A stretch of 33,093 bases of DNA from contig CAZXBI010000004.1 in the NCBI GenBank assembly GCA_964638215.1, positions 1 to 33,093 on the forward strand. The letters are read 5' to 3'. Below are positions 1-7,715 of this stretch, piece after piece. How positions within the stretch are numbered: position 1 is the stretch's first letter; the number at the start of each line of letters is the position of its first letter. Position numbers and translations under genes: made by a program. The notes beneath the pieces were generated by a model. That model did not search any database. It saw only the letters and a list, made by a program, of their open reading frames with translations, and was not told the DNA's origin. This stretch comes from an uncultured Syntrophorhabdus sp. (GTDB lineage: Bacteria; Desulfobacterota; BSN033; UBA1163).

Positions 1-319
1 GCGTCCGTCCGCTATCGACGATATCTTCGATGATGAGCACATCCTTTCCCTCAATCGGGGTCTCGATATCTTTGGTGATCTCGATCCTGCCGGAACTTTT
101 CATGTTGGTTCCATAACTTGCCAGACGCACAAAATCGACCTGAACCGAAATCCTGAGATGGCGGATCAGATCAGCAAGAAACATAAAAGCCCCTTTCAGA
201 ATACAGACCAACACTAATTCTTTTCCGCTATAATCCTTCGAGATTTGATCCGCCAAACCTTGGACGATGGAGGCGATCTGGTCCTGGGAGAGCAATGGAT
301 TGAGGCGGTATCCTTCCAT
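1..319 (-). CDS. hpt: Hypoxanthine phosphoribosyltransferase (partial, 3' end runs off the window)
   Basis: Not in the ORF track. Manual minus-strand translation from ATG at 319: MEGYRLNPLLSQDQIASIVQGLADQISKDYSGKELVLVCILKGAFMFLADLIRHLRISVQVDFVRLASYGTNMKSSGRIEITKDIETPIEGKDVLIIEDIVDSGRT. It has the ILKG, SY and PRPP-binding VLIIEDIVDSG motifs. Confidence 0.95.
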   Translation of the reverse strand, partial: MEGYRLNPLLSQDQIASIVQGLADQISKDYSGKELVLVCILKGAFMFLADLIRHLRISVQVDFVRLASYGTNMKSSGRIEITKDIETPIEGKDVLIIEDIVDSGRT

Positions 320-330
320 AGATTTTAACT

Positions 331-420
331 TTAATATCATTCAACTAACTGAAGTGTCAAGGAAAAATTATTTTATAAAAAAATACTTGACAAAATTATA
401 ATATTATAATAATAGGAGAA
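331..420. promoter_or_regulatory. Divergent sigma70-type promoter region for hpt and gntR, with a 16-bp palindrome
   Basis: TTGACA on minus (360-355) is followed 18 nt later by TATTAA with an upstream TG. TTGACA on plus at 387-392. Perfect palindrome ATTATAATATTATAAT at 395-410. SD AGGAGA at 414-419. Confidence 0.6.
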
Positions 421-424
421 TATC

Positions 425-1204
425 ATGAATACTTTAAGGTCTGAGAAACCCAATATACCTTTATACTTCCAGTTAGAACAGATTATTAAATCAAAAATTA
501 TAACTGGAGAATATATGCCCGGTGAACAAATTCCCACGGAGAAAGAAATCTGTGAGACTTACAGGGTGAGCAGCATTACTGCACGACAAGCCATTTTAAA
601 TCTGGTAAACCAAGGACTCCTTATAAGAATGCAAGGGAAGGGAACATTTGTCACAGAGGAGATAGAAAATATAAATACACTCCAACTAAGTGGAAGTATC
701 AATGATTTGATTGCTGATGGACTAAAGACACAAGAAGTAAAAGTGTTGGGCATCTATAGAGTAAAACCTCCTAAAAAGGTTTCTAAATTTTTGAGGATAA
801 AAGAAGATACGGATGTCATACAGGTAAAGAGGACGCGAAATGCTAATAACTCACCTGTCTCTTATATCATTAATTATCTTCCCTTAGAAACAGGAGTAAA
901 GATTAAAGAAGAGGATCTGCAGAAATATCCAATGCTCAAGATATTGAGGGATCAAGTTGGAATACCATTGAGTGGGGCCATGCAATATATAGAAGCTATT
1001 GTTGCAGATTATGATATTGCCTCTGCCCTTTCTGTAAGTATCACCTCACCAATTCTTTATATAGAGACCTTAGTATTTGAAAAGCGAAAGAAACCGGTTG
1101 AATTCGTACAGACCTTCATCAGGCCTGACCGGTATAAATACTCTGTCAAATTAAGCGTGAAAAGGGGACCCCAAAATGAGGTTCTGATGACAAGGAGGGA
1201 GTAA
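425..1204 (+). CDS. GntR family (HutC subfamily) transcriptional regulator with UTRA domain
   Basis: N-terminal wHTH PLYFQL...PGEQIPTE...YRVSSITARQA...QGKGTFV, C-terminal UTRA-like domain (R.R..N..PVSY...YLP), 259 aa. Confidence 0.93.
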   Translation: MNTLRSEKPNIPLYFQLEQIIKSKIITGEYMPGEQIPTEKEICETYRVSSITARQAILNLVNQGLLIRMQGKGTFVTEEIENINTLQLSGSINDLIADGLKTQEVKVLGIYRVKPPKKVSKFLRIKEDTDVIQVKRTRNANNSPVSYIINYLPLETGVKIKEEDLQKYPMLKILRDQVGIPLSGAMQYIEAIVADYDIASALSVSITSPILYIETLVFEKRKKPVEFVQTFIRPDRYKYSVKLSVKRGPQNEVLMTRRE

Positions 1205-1207
1205 AAA

Positions 1208-2044
1208 ATGGAAGAGAGGAAAAAAGGCTGGTGGGACACAGAAATTATTGATGTTAAACCGAATCAGATAATCATTAGTGGTTATCATATCCAAGATCTC
1301 ATGGGCCGTGTGAGTTATGGTGAAATGCTTTATCTTATGATTATGGGAAGACTCCCTCAGGAAACAGCTGGAAAATTAATTGACGCTGTTCTGGTTGCGG
1401 TCTGTGATCAAGGTGTAATTTCACCTGCAATTACAACAAGTTGCATGGCGGCCACCTGCGGGGTCACCTTCAATAGTGCCATTGCCTCAGGAATGAATCT
1501 ATTAGGAAAGATTCATGGTGGTGCAATCGAAGAGGCAATGGAAGTTTTCTATGAAGTAGTGGGCCGTTCAGAGAAAGAAGGGAAAAGTATAAAAGAGATA
1601 GCTCTTGATGTGGCCAAAAGATATAAAGAGTCTAAACAATTTATGCCAGGCTATGGTCATCCTGTGCATAAAGAGGATCCTCGGACCACCCGACTTTGGA
1701 AAATGTCTGAAGTCGCGGTGAAGAAGGGAGAAATCAGTGGTAAGTATGTAGAAGCAGCAAAGTCTATTTATGAAGCCATGAAGGAAATATTTGGAAAGCA
1801 TCTCACCATTAATATAGATGCTTCTGCCGCTGCTATCCTCTGTGAACTTGGAATCCCTTCCAAGACAGCCCCTGGATTTATCTGTTTGTCCCGGGGCTTG
1901 GGATTATTAGCCCATGCTTATGAGGAAATCAAATTCGGAAAGAGAATGAAGGCACCCATGCCCCCTGATCTTTTAAATGAACATATGACTTACTCCGGCC
2001 CTCCCTCGAGAGAATTACCGGCTGAAAGGAAAGATTTACCGTAA
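1208..2044 (+). CDS. Citryl-CoA lyase-like protein (short citrate synthase fold)
   Basis: 278 aa. W.TEI...I.ISGY...DL, HGGAIE, PGYGHPVH..DPR, INID...A, SR..GL.AH motifs of the Ccl / ATP-citrate lyase C-terminal module. Confidence 0.85.
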   Translation: MEERKKGWWDTEIIDVKPNQIIISGYHIQDLMGRVSYGEMLYLMIMGRLPQETAGKLIDAVLVAVCDQGVISPAITTSCMAATCGVTFNSAIASGMNLLGKIHGGAIEEAMEVFYEVVGRSEKEGKSIKEIALDVAKRYKESKQFMPGYGHPVHKEDPRTTRLWKMSEVAVKKGEISGKYVEAAKSIYEAMKEIFGKHLTINIDASAAAILCELGIPSKTAPGFICLSRGLGLLAHAYEEIKFGKRMKAPMPPDLLNEHMTYSGPPSRELPAERKDLP

Positions 2045-2068
2045 ACTTAATTTAAAAGGAGGGATCAA

Positions 2069-3340
2069 ATGGCGAGGCTTTTAGAGTATCAAGGGAAAGA
2101 TATTTTTAAGAAGAATGGTATTGCCATTCCAAAAGGCAAATTAGCCAAGTCTCCTCAAGAGGCGAGACAAATAGCTGAGGAGTTTCGAGCCTCTGTTGTC
2201 ATTAAAGCACAGGTATTGATAGGCAAAAGGGGAAAGAGCGGAGGAATCAAATTTGCAAAAACCCCTGACGAAGCAGAGCAAGCTACTCGTGAAATCTTAA
2301 CATTAAAAATCGAAAATATGCCAGTACAAAGTGTTTTAGTAGAAGAGATGCTGGATATTAAGAAAGAGCTCTATATGGGAGTGACGACCAGTGATGCTAC
2401 ACGGGCTCCTATTGCAATATTTAGTATGAGCGGGGGGATGGATATTGAAGAAGTCGGAAAGAAGAATCCTGAGAAGATCGTTACTAAAGATATTTCAATT
2501 GGTCGGGGTTTTTATGAATTCGATGCCCGTAATATGTTACGAAAAGTCGAAGGGCTTTCAGGCAGTGAAATTAATAATTATGCACAAACACTCGCTAATC
2601 TTTATAAGGTCTACAGAAAGAATGATTGCAAACTTGCAGAAATCAACCCTTTGGCTGTAACAACGAAAGGAGTATTCGCTGCAGATGCGCGAATAGATAT
2701 CGATGACGATGCCATTTGGCGACACCCGGAATTGGGTATAGAGGTTTCGGAAGAAGCAGGGGCGAGGGAACCTACACCTCTTGAGATTGCTGCTGGACAG
2801 ATTGATAAGAATGATCATCGGGGGAGCGCGCATTTTGTTCAGATAGACCCTAATGGATCTTATGCACAGAAAATTAATAAAATCTCTATTGGGTACGATT
2901 GTGTAGGGACGGGGTGTGCAATTACCCTGTTCGATGAGATATACCCTTTAGGCTATTATCCCATCGATTTTTGTGATACATCAGGGAATCCTACTTCTTT
3001 GAAGATGTATGCCGCCACAAAAATCGTATTTTCTCAACCACAGATTCGTGGTTATCTCATGGTCACAGGCATGGCAGCGCAACAGCTCGATAACACAGCT
3101 CGAGGAATAATAAAGGCTTTAAAAGAGCTTTATCCAAAAACAGGAGGTAAACCTAATATTCCTTGTGTTTTATGCTTTCGGGGGAGGTCTGATGAGGTAG
3201 CTGTTCAACTATTCAAGGATCATGGGATAAGCGATAGCCCATACTTTAAGGTATTAGGACGCTATAACACCGAGAAGAGTGCGGCAGAAGAGTTCGATAA
3301 TCTATATAAGAAATGGGAAAAGGAAACAGGAGGGATATAA
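2069..3340 (+). CDS. ADP-forming acyl-CoA synthetase beta subunit (SucC/CcsA-like, ATP-grasp)
   Basis: LLEYQGK, VIKAQV..GKRGKSGGIK, GGMDIEEV, AEINPL, ADAR..IDDDA motifs. The C-terminal acid-binding domain is divergent from SucC. Confidence 0.85.
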   Translation: MARLLEYQGKDIFKKNGIAIPKGKLAKSPQEARQIAEEFRASVVIKAQVLIGKRGKSGGIKFAKTPDEAEQATREILTLKIENMPVQSVLVEEMLDIKKELYMGVTTSDATRAPIAIFSMSGGMDIEEVGKKNPEKIVTKDISIGRGFYEFDARNMLRKVEGLSGSEINNYAQTLANLYKVYRKNDCKLAEINPLAVTTKGVFAADARIDIDDDAIWRHPELGIEVSEEAGAREPTPLEIAAGQIDKNDHRGSAHFVQIDPNGSYAQKINKISIGYDCVGTGCAITLFDEIYPLGYYPIDFCDTSGNPTSLKMYAATKIVFSQPQIRGYLMVTGMAAQQLDNTARGIIKALKELYPKTGGKPNIPCVLCFRGRSDEVAVQLFKDHGISDSPYFKVLGRYNTEKSAAEEFDNLYKKWEKETGGI

Positions 3341-3341
3341 G

Positions 3342-3674
3342 ATGGGAGAAGATAGTTTAGAGTTTGAAACAATGGCAGGCGCTATCGTTCGATTCGATTT
3401 AAAGAAGTGTGATGAGTGTAAAACAAAGGCATGTATTGAGGCAGACCACCTTCCTTTTCTTGGGCCGGTTTTAGAATTGAAGGATGGAAGACCTGCTCCT
3501 ATGTGGAACAAGGACGAGATCAAAAAAAGGAAATGTACGGATTGCGTAGCATGTGAGTTGGAATGTCAATTACGCGGTAATGGAGGAGTTACAATAACCT
3601 ATGTCATGCCAAAACTGGATGAGTATTTAGCAGATTTAGAAAAAAAAGGGATTAAACCTGTATATAAAAGATAG
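3342..3674 (+). CDS. Small ferredoxin-like Fe-S protein
   Basis: ATG at 3342 follows GGAGGG. 110 aa with CDECKTKACIEAD and CTDCVACELEC (CxxCxxCxxxC) motifs. Confidence 0.75.
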   Translation: MGEDSLEFETMAGAIVRFDLKKCDECKTKACIEADHLPFLGPVLELKDGRPAPMWNKDEIKKRKCTDCVACELECQLRGNGGVTITYVMPKLDEYLADLEKKGIKPVYKR

Positions 3675-3684
3675 GAGAGCAAAG

Positions 3685-4593
3685 ATGGCTATTTTAGTTG
3701 ACCAAAACACAGAGGTATTAATTCAGGGAATCACTGGAAGAGAGGCAACAATTCGAACTGGGGTGATGAAGGGGTATGGAACCAAAGTTGTTTGTGGGGT
3801 CACACCTGGACGTGGAGGAACAGAAGTCAATGGAATTCCGGTCTATAACACAGTTGAAGAAGCAAAGGAAAAACATCCGAATGTGAGTGTCACGACTATT
3901 TTTGTTGCTGCAAGAATGGCCAAGGAGGCAGCTTTAGAGGCACTCGATGCGGGTATTAAGGTAGTAGTCTTGATTCCTGAAAGACTTCCCCACCAAGATA
4001 TGCTCGAAATCATTGAAAAGGCCCGGGCCATGAAAGCCATTGTATTGGGGCCAAATTGTATTGGAGTTGTTAGCCCGGGAAAAGCCATTGTTGGCATGAT
4101 TGGCGGAACCCCTGAACTTGCAAGGACCATTTTCAAAGAAGGTTATTGTGGGGTCCTTTCCAGAAGTGGTGGGCATACAACCACAGTCAGTTTTTATTTG
4201 ACTCAGGCAGGTGTAGGGCAGAGCACAAGTATCGCCATTGGTGGCGATGCGTTTGTTGGTTCGACATTTATAGATTTATTACCATTATTTGAAAAAGACG
4301 AACAGACGAAAGCGGTGGCAGCCTTTGGAGAGATTGGTACGACGGTCGAAGAAGATGCAGCGAGATTCATTAAGGAGGGAAAATTTACAAAGCCTTTTGT
4401 CATCTATCTGGCTGGAAAATTTACAAGGCCCGATACAAGATTTGGTCATGCTGGTGCTATCATCTCCCGGGGAAGAGGGACCATCGCGGAAAAGGAAAAA
4501 GTGTTGAGAGATGCGGGTGCCTATATTGTGGACCATTTAGGTGATATTGGTGAAGTTGTAAAGAAAGCAATTACTGAGCGTGGGATAAAGTAA
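3685..4593 (+). CDS. sucD: ADP-forming acyl-CoA synthetase alpha subunit (SucD/CcsB-like)
   Basis: MAILVD...VLIQGITG, GVTPGRGG, GPNCIG, SRSGG, IGGD, GEIG and phospho-His FGHAGAI motifs. The symbol is family-level only. Confidence 0.9.
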   Translation: MAILVDQNTEVLIQGITGREATIRTGVMKGYGTKVVCGVTPGRGGTEVNGIPVYNTVEEAKEKHPNVSVTTIFVAARMAKEAALEALDAGIKVVVLIPERLPHQDMLEIIEKARAMKAIVLGPNCIGVVSPGKAIVGMIGGTPELARTIFKEGYCGVLSRSGGHTTTVSFYLTQAGVGQSTSIAIGGDAFVGSTFIDLLPLFEKDEQTKAVAAFGEIGTTVEEDAARFIKEGKFTKPFVIYLAGKFTRPDTRFGHAGAIISRGRGTIAEKEKVLRDAGAYIVDHLGDIGEVVKKAITERGIK

Positions 4594-4606
4594 GGAGGTT
4601 GGGTGG

Positions 4607-5866
4607 ATGGGCGCTACATTTGCTGAAAAAATATTGGCCATGAAATCAGGAAAAAGCAAGGTCTCTCCTGGAGAATTTGTCATTGCTAAAGTGGACAGCT
4701 CCTTGGCAAATGATGTCACGGCTCCTCTCTTAATTCGGAGGTTCGAAGAGATGGGTTTGGAGAAACTTTATAAACTCCCTGGTGGGTTTGAAATATATAT
4801 CGATCACTATGTCCCTGCCCCTACCATTCGGGCAGCGATGGAACATAAAAAGATCCGTGATTTCTGCAAAAAATTCAATATCTATTTCTCAGAGACTGGA
4901 AATGGAGGACATCTAAGGCTGCCCATTGAAAGAGGCCACTGTAGACCTGGAATGCTTTTTGTTGGAGCAGATTCTCACACCGTCCTTCTCGGAGCAGTAG
5001 GGGCATTTGCTGCTGGAGTGGGCTCCTCAGAACAGGCCTATGTCCTTTACAAAGGAGAGCTCTGGTTTAAAGTTCCCGAGTCGATCAAGATCATTGTTGA
5101 TGGAAAGCTCCCAGAATACGCCATGGGAAAGGATATCGTCCTGAAGATCTTGGGAGACCTTGGTGAGACAGGAGGGCTTTACAAGGCGGTGGAGTTTACG
5201 GGTCCAGCAATAAGTGATCTCAGTATTGATGGGAGGATCGCCATTTGCGGTCTAACCCTGGAAATGGGAGGAAAGATTGGAGTTATTGAGGCAGATGAGA
5301 AGGTTGTGGACTATATGAAAAAGAGAACAAAGGATCCCTTTGAAGTAGTTAGGGCAGATAAGGATGCAATATACGAAAAGACCCACCGTTACAATGTCTC
5401 GGGGTTGGAACCCCAGATTGCCACTCCTCCAAGAATGGATATGGTTAAAGATGTGAAAGAGGTGGAGGGGATCAAAATAGACCAAGTCTATATAGGGTCC
5501 TGTGTGAATGGAGGATTGGAGGATATGGCTATGACTGCCAAGATTTTAAAAGGAAGAAAAGTCAACCCAGAGATAAGATGCATTGTCATTCCTCAGACTA
5601 AAGAAATCTATCAAAATGCCTTAAGAGAGGGTTATATACAAGCAATTTATGAAGCTGGAGCTCTCTTAGCCCCATCTGGATGTGGCCCCTGTGTCGGTGG
5701 CCATATGGGTGTGATGGCTCCAGGGGAAAGGGTTGTTTCCACCGGGTGCAGGAATTTCCCTGGAAGAATGGGAAGTCCTGAGGCTGAGATCTATGTTGCC
5801 TCTCCAGCCACGGCAGCGGCGTCTGCCATTGAAGGCAAAATTACTGATCCAAAGAAATATTTTTAG
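4607..5866 (+). CDS. Aconitase family dehydratase large subunit (LeuC/DmdA/HacA type)
   Basis: TFAEKIL, DHYVPA, GADSHT, IGSC and CGPC (4Fe-4S ligands), [24 protein letters not shown]. Confidence 0.92.
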   Translation: MGATFAEKILAMKSGKSKVSPGEFVIAKVDSSLANDVTAPLLIRRFEEMGLEKLYKLPGGFEIYIDHYVPAPTIRAAMEHKKIRDFCKKFNIYFSETGNGGHLRLPIERGHCRPGMLFVGADSHTVLLGAVGAFAAGVGSSEQAYVLYKGELWFKVPESIKIIVDGKLPEYAMGKDIVLKILGDLGETGGLYKAVEFTGPAISDLSIDGRIAICGLTLEMGGKIGVIEADEKVVDYMKKRTKDPFEVVRADKDAIYEKTHRYNVSGLEPQIATPPRMDMVKDVKEVEGIKIDQVYIGSCVNGGLEDMAMTAKILKGRKVNPEIRCIVIPQTKEIYQNALREGYIQAIYEAGALLAPSGCGPCVGGHMGVMAPGERVVSTGCRNFPGRMGSPEAEIYVASPATAAASAIEGKITDPKKYF

Positions 5867-5876
5867 GAGGTACTCG

Positions 5877-6383
5877 ATGGATATCGTAAAGGGAAGAGTG
5901 GTCTACAAACTTAGGGACGATATTGGTACAGATATGATCCTGGCCGGTAGATATTTAATGTTAACCGGAGACGAAGAGTTGGCAGAGCACTGTTTCGAGG
6001 GTCATATTAAAGATTGGAAGGAGAAGGTCAAAATAGGAGATATTTTGGTAGCCGGTGAAAACTTCGGATGTGAAAGTTCGAGAGAGCATGCTCCTGTTGC
6101 TCTAAAAGGTTCTGGCATCGCAGCCGTTATTGCTGAAAGTTTTGGAAGGATCTTCTATAGGAACTCTGTCGCCGTAGGGCTGCCAGTGATCCTTGCTCCC
6201 GGCATATCAAAAAAAGTGGAAGAAGGAGATACTCTGGAAATCGATGTCGATCGTGGGAAGGTGATAAATACGAGAACGAAAGAAGTGATTCGTTTTGATC
6301 CTTTCCCGGATTTTATTCAGGCTTATCTAAATGAAGGCGGGCTTACCAAATATGTAAGAAACAGGCTCGTTAAAAAAGGTTGA
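5877..6383 (+). CDS. Aconitase family dehydratase small subunit (LeuD/DmdB/HacB type)
   Basis: ATG at 5877 after [40 protein letters not shown]...GLP, GGL motifs. Confidence 0.92.
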   Translation: MDIVKGRVVYKLRDDIGTDMILAGRYLMLTGDEELAEHCFEGHIKDWKEKVKIGDILVAGENFGCESSREHAPVALKGSGIAAVIAESFGRIFYRNSVAVGLPVILAPGISKKVEEGDTLEIDVDRGKVINTRTKEVIRFDPFPDFIQAYLNEGGLTKYVRNRLVKKG

Positions 6384-6388
6384 GGGAA

Positions 6389-7252
6389 ATGATGAGGACC
6401 CAGGTAGTTCTTACCCCTACGGAATCGAAAAAGTTAATAGCAAAGGCTGTTGCCGAGATGGATTCTGTAAAGAGAGCACTTAAGGATGGAATCGTCACTA
6501 TCCATCCAAGCAGCTCTACTTTTTTCCTCTTAGAATATATTGCTGGTAAGAGACCAGAAGGAATATGGCTTGTGGGGATGATCGCCCCCAGAGGAGCTTG
6601 TGTTGAAGAGATGACTCAAAAAGCCTTCGAGGAAGACCGATATCAAGAACTCACTAAACCAGCAAACTTTCCTTTCTCTTGGGTTTTTAGGAAGGGGAGG
6701 TTTGAGGAGGGATTGAAGCTTGCAGATATATTAAATGAAATGGGAGAAGGGGATATTTATATTAAAGGTGTTAATGCCATCGATTCTTATGGTTATGTAG
6801 GTGTGCTCCTGGCGAATCTTGCAGGAGGGACAATCGGAAAAGCCTTGGCCATGCAAAAGGAGAAGAAATTCGAAATCCTCTATTTGGCGGGTCTGGAGAA
6901 ATTCATTCCTTCCTCTATTAAAGAAGTGGCCAAAGAGACAGGAAGGGCAAATACAAAAGATGCGCTCGGAATTCCTTGCGGGCTTCTCCCGATAAAAACA
7001 AATTCTATCACAGAAATTGAGGCACTGAAGATGTTGACAGGTGTCGATGCGATCCCAATTGCTGGCGGAGGCGTTGGAGGTGCAGAAGGTTCTTTCATGT
7101 TTGTGATCAAAGGAGAAGAGAAGGAAGTAGAAGAGACCATGAAACTGGTGAAGGGGATAAAAGGTGTAAAATTGCCAAATGTCGGAATGCCGAATTGTCA
7201 AACCTGTCATTTTCCAGGATGTTTTTTTGCGGGTAAAAAGGTGGAAGAATGA
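6389..7252 (+). CDS. Conserved-looking hypothetical protein with C-terminal CxxCxxxxC
   Basis: Long ORF coupled to both neighbours. Motifs LTPTESKKLIAK, KGVNAID, GGTIG, GLEKFIP, GGGVGGAEG, CQTCHFPGC. Start uncertain (6380/6389/6392). Confidence 0.75.
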   Translation: MMRTQVVLTPTESKKLIAKAVAEMDSVKRALKDGIVTIHPSSSTFFLLEYIAGKRPEGIWLVGMIAPRGACVEEMTQKAFEEDRYQELTKPANFPFSWVFRKGRFEEGLKLADILNEMGEGDIYIKGVNAIDSYGYVGVLLANLAGGTIGKALAMQKEKKFEILYLAGLEKFIPSSIKEVAKETGRANTKDALGIPCGLLPIKTNSITEIEALKMLTGVDAIPIAGGGVGGAEGSFMFVIKGEEKEVEETMKLVKGIKGVKLPNVGMPNCQTCHFPGCFFAGKKVEE

Positions 7253-7671
7253 AGATATTTAAAGCTGAGGATTATATAGAAATCGAGAATCCAAACCCAG
7301 GCAAACCGTATAAGTTTCGAATGAAAGATTATATAATAATGAGCAATCCGAATCATGATTCCCCTTATAGGTTTGTCATTCTGTCGCATAAACACAAAGC
7401 TGAGAATTTAGGAGGAATATTCGGCCTTCTTATTCCTGACAGTCAAGTACCTTATCATTATCACAAGAAGCGTGAATCTCTCATTATAGTGTTAAGTGGG
7501 GAAGGGACAGAAATTATTGAAGGGGAAGAGATCCCAATAAAAGCTGGGGATATCTTATATGTACCTGCAGGCGAAAAACACACGATGTTAAATAGATCCA
7601 ACCAAGATTTTCGTTACCTTGAATTCTTTACCTGTCCTCCTCTTACGGCTGACTTTGTTGAGGTGAAATAG
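7249..7671 (+). CDS. Cupin domain protein 1
   Basis: YHYHKKRE...LSGEG...GD.LYVPAGEKH cupin motifs. ATGA overlap with the upstream stop. Confidence 0.88.
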   Translation: MKIFKAEDYIEIENPNPGKPYKFRMKDYIIMSNPNHDSPYRFVILSHKHKAENLGGIFGLLIPDSQVPYHYHKKRESLIIVLSGEGTEIIEGEEIPIKAGDILYVPAGEKHTMLNRSNQDFRYLEFFTCPPLTADFVEVK

Positions 7672-7715
7672 AATATAAAGCGAATCTATAACCATGTGAA
7701 GACAGGAGTATCTCA

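Noticed and set aside
1208-4593. Housekeeping TCA sucCD or an rTCA carbon-fixation locus
   Set aside because: The succinate-binding motifs are diverged, and no 2-oxoacid:ferredoxin oxidoreductase, fumarate reductase, Mdh or Icd genes are in the window.
4607-6383. Leucine or lysine biosynthesis (leuCD/hacAB)
   Set aside because: No synthase or beta-decarboxylating dehydrogenase is nearby, the motifs are altered, and the context is catabolic.
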